Shown: positions 20,711-31,211 of the stretch, one piece after another
How positions within the stretch are numbered: the stretch's first letter is position 1
Layout: each line of letters opens with the position of its first letter
Source: Vicinamibacteria bacterium
GTDB lineage: Bacteria > Acidobacteriota > Vicinamibacteria > Marinacidobacterales > Marinacidobacteraceae
Direction of reading: 5' to 3'
DNA: 64,000 bases
NCBI GenBank assembly: GCA_963668695.2
Contig: CAXXLQ010000004.1
Span: forward strand, 896,001 to 960,000
The notes under the pieces: generated by a model
Databases searched by the model: none
What the model saw: the letters and a program-made list of their open reading frames with translations, nothing else
What the model was told of the DNA's origin: nothing
Made by a program: the position numbers and the translations under genes

Positions 20711-20790
20711 AAGTTCCTCTGCGCGGGTTGGGGGTTGCCGTCTTCCCGGCGGTTCCAGAAGATATCCCTCAGAAGCAGGAGGATGACGCG

Positions 20791-22710
20791 ATGAAGCACC
20801 TGGCATCGGTGGTCGCCGCCCTCGCCCTGGCACTCGTCGCCTGCGGTGGTTCGGACATCGACCCTCCGGAGGAAGCCGCGCCCGCGGAAGGCGTTTTCGC
20901 CACGATCGCCCCGTTCCAAAGTTACGGCCACGTCCACAGCGCCGACAACGTCGAGGCCATGCGGCCGCGCGTCATGGGCACGCACGGGGTGATCTCCTCG
21001 GGGCACTACCTGGCCACCCAGGCCGGGTACGACGTGCTCAAGGCCGGGGGCAACGCCTTCGACGCCGGAGTGACCGCCGGGATGGCGCTCAAGGTGCTCA
21101 AGATGGACTACGCGGGATGGACCGGGGTCGCGCCGCTCGTCCTCTACAGCGCCGCCGAGGACCGCGTGCTCACCCGGGTCGGGGCGGGGACCTCGCCCGC
21201 GCTCGCCACCCTCGACTACTTTCTCGAACACGGCAAGTCGCCCATCAACAACGCGCTGATTCCGGCGGACGTGGATGTCTGGCTCGCCGCTCTCGACCGC
21301 TTCGGCACCCTCAGCTTCAGCGAGGCCGCGCAGCCGGCGCTGCGCATCGCGGAGGAGGGCTATCACCTCTACAAGATGCAGAAGCGGATGATCGAGGACC
21401 ACCTGGACGGGATCCTCGCCTTTCCCTACAACCGCGACTTCTGGTTCCCTAACGGAGTCGGTGAGCAGCGTCTGGGCGACCTCATGGTGAACGCCGACCT
21501 GGGGCGGCTCATCCGCTACCTGATGGAGGCCGAGCGGCAGGCGCTGGCGGCGGGAGGAAGTCGTTCCGAAGGGATCGGCGCCGCCCGGGACGCCTTCTAC
21601 CGGGGCGACCCGGCCCGCGACGTGGACCGTTTCTTCCGGGAGCACGGCGGCATCGTCCGCTACGAGGACCTGGCGGGATACGAGAGTCGGTGGGAGGAGC
21701 CTCTCGGAACCAGCTTCAACGGCTACGACGTCCACACGGGCGCCGGATGGAGCCAGGGGCCGCGCATCATCCTGATGCTCAACATGCTGGAGAACTACGA
21801 CCTGCGCGCCCTCGGCTACAACACGCCGGAGTACATCCACCTCGTCTCGCAAGTGATCAACCTGGCGATGTCGGATGTCCACAAGTACGTCGGGGATCCG
21901 GATTTCGTGCCTGCTCCGGAGGGGCTGTACGGGAAGGCGTACGCGCGCGAGCGCATTGGGCTCATCGACGAGAAGAGCGCGTTTCAGGACATGCCTCCGT
22001 GGGGCGATCCGGAACGGATGGCGGCGGTGGCGGACGGCGCGCCGACGAGCTTCGTGGCGCCGATGTCGAATCGCACTACCCGGAGCCGCCGGGGATCGGA
22101 CGATGCCGATCGTGCAGCCCACTCCAGCGACACCTCCTCCCTGAATGTCATGGACGGGGAGGGCAACGTGTTTTCCTTCACCGAGAGCGATGGCCACACC
22201 TCCACCCCCATGATCCCGGGATGGGGATTCGGGCTGGGCGGCCGTATGTACCAGTTCAATCTGGACCCTGAGCTGGCCAACGTGATGGCGCCCGGGAAGC
22301 GCCCTCGCAATTCCAACGCGCCCCTGCTGGTGATGAAGGATGGCCAGCCCTTCATGGGGCTCTCCACCCCCGGCGGCGACCAGCAGTTGCAGTCTCTCCT
22401 GCAGGTCTTTCTGAACGTCGTCGTGTGGGGAATGTCCCCCGAGCAGGCCCTGGACCAGCCCCGTTTCGGCAGCTACAACTTTCCCGCCACCGGGAGCGAG
22501 GTGAACCAGAGTCCCGCCGTCCTCTACATGGAGGACCGGATCCCGGCCGAGACGGCCGAGGCGCTCAGCGCCATGGGCCACGACGTGCGCTCGTGGGGCC
22601 TGTGGAACTGGCGCGCTTGCGCTCCCACGGTGACCTGGCGCGACCCGGAAACCGGGGTGATGACCGCGGCGGGGGACGTGAGGCGGGAGACTGCGTCGCT
22701 CGGATTCTGA
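20791..22710 (+). CDS. gamma-glutamyltransferase family lipoprotein
   Basis: LVAC lipobox; GGNAFDA, DTSS nucleophile segment, PGKRP, TPGGDQQ. Confidence 0.88.
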   Translation: MKHLASVVAALALALVACGGSDIDPPEEAAPAEGVFATIAPFQSYGHVHSADNVEAMRPRVMGTHGVISSGHYLATQAGYDVLKAGGNAFDAGVTAGMALKVLKMDYAGWTGVAPLVLYSAAEDRVLTRVGAGTSPALATLDYFLEHGKSPINNALIPADVDVWLAALDRFGTLSFSEAAQPALRIAEEGYHLYKMQKRMIEDHLDGILAFPYNRDFWFPNGVGEQRLGDLMVNADLGRLIRYLMEAERQALAAGGSRSEGIGAARDAFYRGDPARDVDRFFREHGGIVRYEDLAGYESRWEEPLGTSFNGYDVHTGAGWSQGPRIILMLNMLENYDLRALGYNTPEYIHLVSQVINLAMSDVHKYVGDPDFVPAPEGLYGKAYARERIGLIDEKSAFQDMPPWGDPERMAAVADGAPTSFVAPMSNRTTRSRRGSDDADRAAHSSDTSSLNVMDGEGNVFSFTESDGHTSTPMIPGWGFGLGGRMYQFNLDPELANVMAPGKRPRNSNAPLLVMKDGQPFMGLSTPGGDQQLQSLLQVFLNVVVWGMSPEQALDQPRFGSYNFPATGSEVNQSPAVLYMEDRIPAETAEALSAMGHDVRSWGLWNWRACAPTVTWRDPETGVMTAAGDVRRETASLGF

Positions 22711-22719
22711 ACGGCCGGC

Positions 22720-22866
22720 AATCGTGAATCCCTTCGGGATTCGCAATTCGAGCTTTCTTCTTGTGAAAGGGGGACGGAAGCCCCTCTCTCAGACTTTCCC
22801 CCGGTCAGGCGGGCAGCGAACGAAGTTCGCTGCCGTTGTCTCTTGCGCGGGCGGCAGTACGCGCTA
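22720..22866. repeat. dispersed palindromic repeat (~150 bp), copy 2
   Basis: Similar to 12512-12662. Confidence 0.8.
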
Positions 22867-22883
22867 GTGGTGCGATGGCAAGA

Positions 22884-23160
22884 AAACGCCGACCTCTGGG
22901 CAGTCCTCCCGGTGGGGCCCGGCACAGCCCGCCGAAGGCGGGCGGGAGCGCGTACGGCTGATCAGGCAGATGGCGCGCAGGCGGGGGAAACCGCGCAACG
23001 CCGATCGTGAGACAGCGCGCGAACGGCTTGGAACGCCGACCTCCGGGCAGTCCTCCCGGTGGGGCCCGGCACACGCTGACCCACGCGCCGTCTCATCTGT
23101 TGGGGGTACGTGCCGAGACGAAAGCCATCTCAACGGTTGGGGTCTTCGCCGCCGCGGCCC
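22884..23160. repeat. REP-like cluster with micro-elements and a 77-bp module
   Basis: AACGCCGACCTCYGG...CCGGCAC palindromes; module 23084-23160 repeated at 23987-24063. Confidence 0.8.
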
Positions 23161-23201
23161 AAGCCCCCGGCACCTGTCCGGACTGGGAAAAGGCGTGACA
23201 C

Positions 23202-23237
23202 ATCATGCCATCAAAATCAATAGAATGATGGCATGAT
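23202..23237 (+). promoter_or_regulatory. vapBC operator palindrome with a -10 box
   Basis: ATCATGCCATCA...TGATGGCATGAT; TAGAAT at 23221-23226 just before ATG 23233. Confidence 0.7.
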
Positions 23238-23481
23238 CCGAATGCAAGTTCAGTTCACTGGCGAACAGGCGGCCGCACTCAAAGAGGCGTCCCGAGCGCG
23301 AGGAAGGTCCATTTCGGATCTGGTTCGCGAATCGGTTACCCGCTTCCTGGCGCGGGATGCCGCACCGGGCCGGGTTGAACTGGTGCGGCTCGCCGAGGAG
23401 ATGCTGGGCGCCTTCAATTCCGGGATCCCCGACCTCGCGGAAGACCACGATCGGTATCTGGCGGAGGATCTCGACGATTGA
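23233..23481 (+). CDS. vapB: ribbon-helix-helix (CopG-like) antitoxin
   Basis: MIRMQVQFT...SISDLVRESV...DLAEDHDRYL. Confidence 0.85.
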   Translation: MIRMQVQFTGEQAAALKEASRARGRSISDLVRESVTRFLARDAAPGRVELVRLAEEMLGAFNSGIPDLAEDHDRYLAEDLDD

Positions 23482-23888
23482 GCGTGTTCGTGGACACCTC
23501 GGCCTTCCTGGCGATGTTGGATCGAGCACAGCGAAGGCACGAGGAGGTGGCGAACGCCTGGAAGGGGGTCGTGGCGGCAGGCCGCCCGCTCGTCACTTCC
23601 AACTACGTTCTGGTCGAGTCGTTCGCACTCTTGCAGCGCCGGGTCGGAATGGAAGCGGTGCGGGTTCTGGTCGTCCGCTTTCTCCCGCTGCTGGAGACTG
23701 TGTTCGCGACCGACCAGGTCCACGCGGCGGCGACCTCCGCTTTCCTGACGGCCGACCGCCGGCGTCTGTCCTTCGTGGACTGCGTGAGCTTCGAACTGAT
23801 GCGACGCCGCGGGATCAATGAAGCTCTCTCGCTGGATGCCGACTTCCAGCGTGAGGGCTTCCGCCTTCTGCCGCGGTTCTCGGCCTAG
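23478..23888 (+). CDS. vapC: PIN-domain toxin
   Basis: VFVDTSA, SNYVLVE, SFVDCVSF, LDADF. Confidence 0.9.
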   Translation: MSVFVDTSAFLAMLDRAQRRHEEVANAWKGVVAAGRPLVTSNYVLVESFALLQRRVGMEAVRVLVVRFLPLLETVFATDQVHAAATSAFLTADRRRLSFVDCVSFELMRRRGINEALSLDADFQREGFRLLPRFSA

Positions 23889-23986
23889 GCAAGGATCCGC
23901 CCCGGCCGCGGCTCCGAAGAAGACGCGCTCGTGAGAGGAAAGCGACGACATCGGGGGCCGCCGAGCGACGCGCAGGCGGGGAACGG

Positions 23987-24240
23987 CGCGCCGTCTCATC
24001 TGTTGGGGGTACGTGCCGAGACGGGAGCCATCCCAACGGTTGGGGTCTTCCCCGCCGCGGCCCTGCGGGCCGCGGTGCCGGCCGGAGGCCGGCGTTCCAA
24101 GCCGTCCCCGCGCTTCTGCTCAAGCGGCAGTACGCGGTTTCGCGGCCCTGTCGGCCGCGGTGCCGGCCGGAGGTCGGCGGACAAGCCGTCCCCGCGCTTT
24201 TGCTCAGGTGGCGGTTCGCGGTGCCGACCGGTTTCGCGCG
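23987..24240. repeat. REP-like cluster
   Basis: GTGCCGGCCGGAGGYCGGCG and AAGCCGTCCCCGCGCTTYTGCTCA repeated twice. Confidence 0.8.
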
Positions 24241-27200
24241 TCAGGTACCCGCCGGATGGAGGGCTCCCTCTTCCACCGACTCGACGCCGCGCTGACGTTT
24301 CGCGCGCCAGTCCGCGAGGGCCTCGGAAAAGCCGTCGAGGCTGTCGTAGGTGACCGGGACCACGATCAGCGTGAGGACCGTCGCAACAGTGAGTCCAAAG
24401 ATCACCGCGACGCCCATCGATGCCCAGAACTGCGAGCTCTCGCCGCCCGTGGAAACGGAGAGGCTAAAGAAGTCGATGTTGAGCCCGAGCGTCAGGGGAA
24501 CGAGTCCGAGGACCGTGGTCACGGCCGTCAGCAGGACCGGACGGAGCCGGATGGAGCCCGCCTCCACCACCGCATCGTGTCGGCTCAAACCTCGCTCCCG
24601 GAGCTGGCGGACAAAGTCGCAGAGGACGATCGCGTTGTTGACCACGATCCCGGCGAGCGAGATCACCCCGATGCCGGTCATGATGATCCCGAACGCGGTC
24701 CCGGTCAGCATCAAGCCCCAGAGCACGCCGATCACCGACAGGGCGACCGAGGTGATGATGGTGAGCGGCAGGATCAGCGAATCGAACTGGGTGACCAGCA
24801 CCATCATGATCAGCAGCAATGCGATGACAAAGGCCCGCGAGAGGAAGGCCGTCGCCTGCTGTTCCTCCTCGTTGGCGCCGGAGAACTCCCACCGGTAGCC
24901 GGGCGGCCAATCCATCGCGTCGAGTTCGGCGGCCACTTCCTCGCGCACGCCCGCCTCGGTGCGGCCGGATTCGCGGACCACGTCACCCTCGATCGTTGCC
25001 ACCCGGTTGAGGTCCACCCGGCGTACCGCCGCGGGACCAACGCCGTGCCTCAGCTTGGCGACGGTCCGGATGGGAACCGGGATTCCGTCCTCGTCGGGCA
25101 CGGTGAGCTCGCCGATGTCGTCCAGGGATGCCCGGGCCTCGGGCGCCAGCCGAACCCGGATGTCGTGCTCGTCCTCGCCGACCCGGTACTTCGAGGCCTT
25201 GGCGCCCATAATGCCGGTCTGCACGGTGGCGGCGATGATCTGGGTGTTGACGCCCGAGCGCATCGCCTCCTCCCGGTCCACCTCCACGCGGAGCTCGGGT
25301 TTCCCGCCCTCAAGGTCGTCGTCCAGGTTCACGAGCCCCTCGATGCCGCGGATTCGGGTCTTCACCTCCTCCGCGAGCCGGCCGATCTCGTCCAGCTCGT
25401 CCCCCAGGATACGGACCGAGACCGGAGCACCGGTGGGGGGGCCGTCCTGGGGAGCGTCCACCTTGATGTTGGCTCCCACGATGTCGGCGAGCCCCGCCCG
25501 CACCACCTCCATGGTGGTGAAGGTGTTGCGGACCTGACGGTCGGCGCGCTCATGCAGGTAGAGGGTGACCTGACTCTGGTTCGGACTCCCGCCGCTGCCT
25601 CCCGGACTCATGCTGACTCCCGTGGAGCCCACGTTCGCCACCTGGTGCTTCATGTCAACGGTGCCGGCGGTCAGTTCCTCGATGCGCCGAACGACCCCGT
25701 CGGACGCGTCGAGGCTGGAGCCGGCGGTCGTCTCGACATCGATGGAGATCTGCCGGGGCTCGACCTCCGGGAAGAGCTCCACACCCTTCCCGATCTGGGT
25801 ATAGATCCCGACCGTTCCAACCAGGATGGCGCACATCATCCAGATCCATCCGGAGCGGTGATCGGTGAGGTACGGCGACCAGCGGAAGGGACGGCGGATC
25901 AGGCTCCAGACGAACCAGCAGACCCCCTGGACCACGAACGCGAGCACGCCAAGGCCAGCGAACACCGCCACCGCCGGGAGCAGAGCGCTGGTCTGGAAAA
26001 ACATGCCGACCAGCGCGAGCGCCATACCGATTCCCAGGAACAGCACGAAACCCGCGGGGAGCGCCCAGTTCCGAAGGAACCAGGACCTGGTCCCCGAATC
26101 CGGACCCGGGTGGAGCGACCACTCGAGAAGGCGGCGGTAGGCACGGCGGAACGCGTGTTCTTCCGTGTTGGCCTTCTTGACCCCGTGCCGCGGCGGTTTC
26201 ATCAGATGGGCGCAAAGCGTCGGATTGATGATCAGCGCCACCACCAGCGACGCCGAAAGGCCGATGATGAGCGTCACCGGCAGGTAGGACATGAAGTCGC
26301 CGATGATCCCCGGCCAGATCAGCAGGGGTGAAAACGCGCAGAGGGTGGTGATGGTGGAGGCGATGACCGGGCGGGCCACCTCGACGGTGGCCTCGTAGGC
26401 GGCGTCCGGCCCCGCGTTGCCGTGCTCCCGGTGCCGGTAGATGTTCTCGACGATCACCACCGCGTTGTCCACCAGCATCCCGAGCATGAGGATGAGGCTG
26501 AACAGCACCATCATGTTGAGCGTGTAGCCGATCCAGCCCAGCACCAGGAACGAGGCCATCATCGAGAGCGGGATCGCCACTCCCACGAAGAAGGCGTTGC
26601 GGAGTCCCACGAACGCCATCAGGCACCCGATAACCAGCAGCAACCCGGAGATGACGTTGTTCTCCAGCTCGTTCACCATCCGCCGGATCTCGACGGAGAT
26701 GTCCCCCACCACCGCGGTGTTGATCCCTTCGGGGAGCATTTCGTCCCAACGCCCGAGCTCGGCGTTCACCAGGTCGGCGACTCCGACGAGGTTGGCGCCG
26801 GTGCGCTTTTCGACGCTCAGCGTGACCGAGGGCTCCCGATCCACCCGGGACCGGCTGGTCTCATCCTCGAAACCGAAGACCACCTCGGCCACATCGCGGA
26901 CGAAGACGGGATCGCCGTCCCTGACCTTGATCACGAAGTCCTCGATCTCGGACGGCAGCCGCACTTCCGCCGGGAGGCGGACCAGATACTCGAGTCCCCC
27001 CACCGCAATTTCGCCGCCGGGCACGTTCCGGTTCTCCCGGGCTACCGCGACGACGACGTCAGTGAGGCTGAGTTCGAAGAACGCCAGCCGCTTGGGGTCC
27101 ACCTGCACGTGGACCTCGCGTACCCGGCCGCCGATCACGTTGACCCGGTTGACCCCGGGCAGCGCCTCGAGATCCTCCTGGATCTCCTCGGCCACCTCGG

Positions 27201-27657
27201 TGAGCCGCTGGCTCCCGACCGGGCCCGAGAGCGTGATCATCATGATCGGGACCTGGGAGAAGTCCATGTCCTGGACCCGCGGGTCCTCGGCTTCGGGAGG
27301 AAGGTCGGATTTCGCCAGGGCCACCTTTTCGCGAACGCTCGCGAGCGCGGTCTCGAGATCCGTTTCCGGATTGAACTCGACCGCGATACTCGAGAGCCCC
27401 TCGCTCGTCGTCGAACTGATTTCCTTGATCCCGGAGACCGCTTTCAACTCGGTCTCGATGGGCCTGGTGACGAGCGTCTCCATGTCCGTCGGGCTGACGC
27501 CCGGATAGATCGTGTAGACGAGGATGAACGGGATCTCCACCTCGGGGAACGACTCCCGCGGCATGGAGACATAGACCCCCACCCCCCCGAGACAGAGGAT
27601 GAGGATCAGGAAATAGACCGACAGGCGATGCCGGATGGCGTACTTCGTGATGTTCAC
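24241..27657 (-). CDS. RND efflux transporter permease
   Basis: PRESFPEV, GMLVDNAVVIVEN, GIVVNNAIVL, RLRPVLLT. Confidence 0.95.
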   Translation of the reverse strand: MNITKYAIRHRLSVYFLILILCLGGVGVYVSMPRESFPEVEIPFILVYTIYPGVSPTDMETLVTRPIETELKAVSGIKEISSTTSEGLSSIAVEFNPETDLETALASVREKVALAKSDLPPEAEDPRVQDMDFSQVPIMMITLSGPVGSQRLTEVAEEIQEDLEALPGVNRVNVIGGRVREVHVQVDPKRLAFFELSLTDVVVAVARENRNVPGGEIAVGGLEYLVRLPAEVRLPSEIEDFVIKVRDGDPVFVRDVAEVVFGFEDETSRSRVDREPSVTLSVEKRTGANLVGVADLVNAELGRWDEMLPEGINTAVVGDISVEIRRMVNELENNVISGLLLVIGCLMAFVGLRNAFFVGVAIPLSMMASFLVLGWIGYTLNMMVLFSLILMLGMLVDNAVVIVENIYRHREHGNAGPDAAYEATVEVARPVIASTITTLCAFSPLLIWPGIIGDFMSYLPVTLIIGLSASLVVALIINPTLCAHLMKPPRHGVKKANTEEHAFRRAYRRLLEWSLHPGPDSGTRSWFLRNWALPAGFVLFLGIGMALALVGMFFQTSALLPAVAVFAGLGVLAFVVQGVCWFVWSLIRRPFRWSPYLTDHRSGWIWMMCAILVGTVGIYTQIGKGVELFPEVEPRQISIDVETTAGSSLDASDGVVRRIEELTAGTVDMKHQVANVGSTGVSMSPGGSGGSPNQSQVTLYLHERADRQVRNTFTTMEVVRAGLADIVGANIKVDAPQDGPPTGAPVSVRILGDELDEIGRLAEEVKTRIRGIEGLVNLDDDLEGGKPELRVEVDREEAMRSGVNTQIIAATVQTGIMGAKASKYRVGEDEHDIRVRLAPEARASLDDIGELTVPDEDGIPVPIRTVAKLRHGVGPAAVRRVDLNRVATIEGDVVRESGRTEAGVREEVAAELDAMDWPPGYRWEFSGANEEEQQATAFLSRAFVIALLLIMMVLVTQFDSLILPLTIITSVALSVIGVLWGLMLTGTAFGIIMTGIGVISLAGIVVNNAIVLCDFVRQLRERGLSRHDAVVEAGSIRLRPVLLTAVTTVLGLVPLTLGLNIDFFSLSVSTGGESSQFWASMGVAVIFGLTVATVLTLIVVPVTYDSLDGFSEALADWRAKRQRGVESVEEGALHPAGT

Positions 27658-27673
27658 GACCCGTTCTCTTCGC

Positions 27674-28816
27674 TCAGTTCGTGCGGCCTCGGGACGCCAC
27701 CCGGACCGGCTGGCCGTCGATCAGGTTTCGGTGTCCGTTCGTGATCAGCGTTTCGCCGACCTCGAGGCCGGCGGTGATCACCACCCGGTCATCCTCGTCG
27801 GGACCAAGAGTGATCGACCGGAGGCCCGCGGTCCCGTCTTCGAGCACGAAGGCGTGGAGGATCCCGTCCCGCTCCACGAGAGCGTCGCGGGCGACCACGA
27901 CCGCGTCTTCGAAGACCCGGCGCTGCAGCCCGGTGCGCACAATCAAGCCCGAGCGCAGCGTTCCATCCGCGTTCTCGACCTCTACCTCGGCCTCGAAACT
28001 CCGGCGGGGCCGGGTGGCGGTCGGCGCGATGTAGGTGATGCGGCCATCGAAGGACCGATCCGGGTAGGCGTCGAGGCTGACCGCTGCCGGACTTCCCACC
28101 GCGAAGAACGAGATGTCGGTCTCCGGAATTCCGATCGTCGCCCGCAGGACCGCGGTGTCGTGGAGCACCGCAACAGGGCTCCCGGGGCCGAGCACTTCAC
28201 CAGGCTCGATGTCCCGCTGGACGATCACTCCGGAGACCGGCGCGGTGATCTCCGAACGGGTCAGGCGGAGGCGCGCCGCCTCGACCCGGGCCTCGAAACG
28301 CTTCACGTTCACTTCCGCCCCCAAAAAGTCCTGTCGGGGACTCGCCTCGCGCTCGACCAGTTGCTTCGCCTGCACGTAGTCCAGGCGCGCCCCTTCGAGT
28401 TCCGCCTCGGCTTCGGCCAGCGCGGCCCGCAGCAGGTCCGAACCGACCCGGGCCAGCAGCGCGCCCCGTTCCACCCGGTCTCCCTTGTCGAAGCGCACTT
28501 CCTCTACCGCACCGCCCAGTTCCGAGGACACAATCACCTCTGCCCGCGGCTCCAGCCGGCCCGCGATTTCGAGCACGTCGGCCAGAAACCCGGACGCGAT
28601 GACGGCGGCCTCCACGATCGGACGGGTGTCCGGGGCTGCTGCGGCCGTTTCCGGTTCGGCAGCGAAGCCGTCATCCTGGCCGCAGCCGGCGCCCGAAAGA
28701 AGCAGGGGCGCCGCCGCGAGCGCGAGAAGCAGACCTCGACCGGAGGCCCGCGGAATCGCGAGGTCCCACCTGCGCCGGCTCCTCGCCGGCGCCTTCAGAT
28801 TGGCGGTGACTTTCAC
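27674..28816 (-). CDS. RND periplasmic adaptor (membrane fusion protein)
   Basis: Lipoyl half motifs GAVEEVRFDKGDRVERG and ITAPVSGVI. Confidence 0.92.
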   Translation of the reverse strand: MKVTANLKAPARSRRRWDLAIPRASGRGLLLALAAAPLLLSGAGCGQDDGFAAEPETAAAAPDTRPIVEAAVIASGFLADVLEIAGRLEPRAEVIVSSELGGAVEEVRFDKGDRVERGALLARVGSDLLRAALAEAEAELEGARLDYVQAKQLVEREASPRQDFLGAEVNVKRFEARVEAARLRLTRSEITAPVSGVIVQRDIEPGEVLGPGSPVAVLHDTAVLRATIGIPETDISFFAVGSPAAVSLDAYPDRSFDGRITYIAPTATRPRRSFEAEVEVENADGTLRSGLIVRTGLQRRVFEDAVVVARDALVERDGILHAFVLEDGTAGLRSITLGPDEDDRVVITAGLEVGETLITNGHRNLIDGQPVRVASRGRTN

Positions 28817-30384
28817 CGGCGTTCCTCCAATTCGGGCATCGAGTGCCCAGCTTCCGAAACATCCGCAGCGCGGACGGGAACCGTGTCGGCAATCACCGAA
28901 TGCGGGGCGTTCGCGGGGTAACCGACGAGGTACTTCAACTCCGCCAGGGCGTTCAGGGCATCGTGGGTGTGCTGCGCCCGCTCGAGTTCCACTTCCCGGA
29001 GGGCCTGGACCATCTCCATGACGAGATAGGGCGTCGCGGCTCCGGCCTCGAGTTCTTCCGTAGCGACCCGTTCCGCTTCCGCAGCCTCTTCCAGCGCGAG
29101 CGTTGCGTCCTCGATTGCGGTAAGCGCCGCCTCCCAGTTCGCGGTGGCGTTCCGCACCGTCACTTCGAGAGTGGCCTCGTACTCGTTCTGCTCCCAGTCA
29201 TTCTGGGTCACCCGCGACCGGAGACTCGCGACCCGGGAACCGCTGCCGAACCCGTCGAAGAGGTTCCAGGTCAACGAGACCCCGGCGTTCCAGTTGTGCA
29301 GTTCGATGTCGTAGGCGTTTTCGAACGTGAAGGTGTTGATCCCGTACGAGGCGCTCGCGCGAACTTCCGGACGCGCATCCGACAGCGCCAGACTGGTCTG
29401 GACATCGAGCAGCTCGCGGTCGAGTCCGAACCGGCGGACCGCCGGACGCTGCTGACCGGCGAGTTCCATCAGCGCCTCGGCCGGCAACACCCGCGGCAGC
29501 GGGTCCGGCAGTTCCAGTGCGTCCAGAACCTCGATCGCCTTCGACTGCTCCCGGCCTACCAGCGCGTTGATTCCGGCGCGTTCCACCGCCAGGGAATCCT
29601 CCGCATCCGACAACTGGCGGCGGAGGCGGGAAAGCTGCACTCTGGCCCGGAGAACGTCGAGACGCGCTCCCGCCCCGAGTTCGACACGGTCGCGGGCAAG
29701 AGCCAATCCGCGCTCGCTGGTTTCGACCGCCTGGCTGAGAACATCGCGGGTGCGCAGCCCGAGCAGATAGGAATAGAGCCGGGTGGCGGTGTCGCGCGCG
29801 ACCCGGTTCTGCACTTCCTGGAGATCGGCCTCGACGCGCACGCGCCCGACTTCGACCCCCCGAAGCGCCGGGCGCAGGCCGAAACTCCAAAGAACCTGGG
29901 AGGCCTGGAAGTTCCACAGATAGGTACCGAAAGTGAACGCACCGCCGAAATCCCCTACGCCGCCGTCCCCGAAGGGCGAGGCGCCGGGATCGTCGATGAG
30001 CCGGGAAAAGAAGGGACTGTTCCGGAATCCCGGGTCGCGGGTCTGGGCGAATTGCAGGTTGAGGTTGAGCTGGGGCAGGTAGGGCGAACGCGCCTCCCGG
30101 ACCAGACTGGGGAACTCGGCCAGGCGCTCGCGATTGAGACGCACTTCGGGGTGCAGATCGGAAGCGACATCCACCGCCTGGGAAATCGTGAAGGCGAGGG
30201 TTTCCTGCGCCAGGAGGTCGCGGTACTGGTCCAGAACCCGATCGGTGATGGCGCTTTCCCGCGAATCTCCTGGACTTTGGCCCGGACTCTGGGCGGCCGC
30301 CGCCGCCGGCGGCAGCGCCAGGAGGAGCGCCATCGCGGCAAGGGTTCCCCGGCGGGAGTTGCCACCTGCTTCGAGAAATTTCAT
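28813..30384 (-). CDS. TolC family outer-membrane channel
   Basis: Signal peptide; PQLNL, VSLTWNLFDG; coiled coils; in operon with MFP and RND genes. Confidence 0.9.
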   Translation of the reverse strand: MKFLEAGGNSRRGTLAAMALLLALPPAAAAAQSPGQSPGDSRESAITDRVLDQYRDLLAQETLAFTISQAVDVASDLHPEVRLNRERLAEFPSLVREARSPYLPQLNLNLQFAQTRDPGFRNSPFFSRLIDDPGASPFGDGGVGDFGGAFTFGTYLWNFQASQVLWSFGLRPALRGVEVGRVRVEADLQEVQNRVARDTATRLYSYLLGLRTRDVLSQAVETSERGLALARDRVELGAGARLDVLRARVQLSRLRRQLSDAEDSLAVERAGINALVGREQSKAIEVLDALELPDPLPRVLPAEALMELAGQQRPAVRRFGLDRELLDVQTSLALSDARPEVRASASYGINTFTFENAYDIELHNWNAGVSLTWNLFDGFGSGSRVASLRSRVTQNDWEQNEYEATLEVTVRNATANWEAALTAIEDATLALEEAAEAERVATEELEAGAATPYLVMEMVQALREVELERAQHTHDALNALAELKYLVGYPANAPHSVIADTVPVRAADVSEAGHSMPELEERR

Positions 30385-30644
30385 CGCTTCTCCTTTCTCC
30401 TTTCGACGGAGTCCGTCCCTCCGCCGCGTCCGGATCGGGCACGCTCTTCGAGCGGCAGAAGACTCGCTCTTCGCCCGGTCGCGGGAGTCCCGTCCCGGAC
30501 CCTCATGGCCCACTCGGGCGACGCACGATCAGGTAACCGGAATCAACGGTCCAGCCCGTTCGTGTGTTCCGCCGAAACTCTAGCCCGCCACCGGTCTCGG
30601 TGAACGGACCCCAATTACGGACCCCGGAGGCGCGGGCAGTCGGG

Positions 30645-30674
30645 TTATCCACATTGTCCACATTTTGTGGAAAA
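30645..30674. promoter_or_regulatory. cluster of three DnaA-box-like 9-mers
   Basis: TTATCCACA (30645-30653), TTGTCCACA (30654-30662), TGTGGAAAA (30666-30674, inverted). Confidence 0.65.
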
Positions 30675-30962
30675 CCCCCTCTGGAGAACCGGACGCGTTC
30701 GGCAGGGCGAAGAAAAATCGGCCCGAACCGGGACCCTGACCCCCGGGCAAAACCTCGTTGTCCACCCAGAAGTGTTGACAATTTCGTGACTTTCCCGGGT
30801 CGCCCGGAAGTCACGAAGGGCAGTAGCTACGAGAATGCCGTCGCGCCAGGAGAACTGGCCAGCATCGCGGCCCGCAGGCCGCGAAACTCCCGTCGCCAGC
30901 CCCCGGATGGGATCGGCAGCGAGATGATTGACACCACTGCACCACCGCACCACAATGGAGGC

Positions 30963-31211
30963 ATGAGACTGACGATCAACCTCGAACCCGATCTCTACGC
31001 GGTGGCCGTGTCGCTCGCCAAGGCCGAGGACTGCAGCATCAGCGCCGCCGTCAACCAGCTTGTTCGTCGTTCGTTGCCGGGAGCGGGGCCCCGCCGCGGG
31101 GAACCCGCCCACGGTATGGAGCGCCGCAACGGGCTTCTCGTCTGCTATGGCAAGCAGGTGGTCACGGCCGAGACGGTCCAGAGCATCGAAGAGGAAGACG
31201 ACGCTGCGTGA
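30963..31211 (+). CDS. vapB: VapB-like antitoxin
   Basis: MRLTINLEPDLY...SISAAVNQLVRR...RNGL...VTAETV. Confidence 0.8.
   Translation: MRLTINLEPDLYAVAVSLAKAEDCSISAAVNQLVRRSLPGAGPRRGEPAHGMERRNGLLVCYGKQVVTAETVQSIEEEDDAA

Noticed and set aside
30645-30817. Chromosomal oriC
   Set aside because: Only three boxes, no AT-rich unwinding element and no dnaA/dnaN nearby
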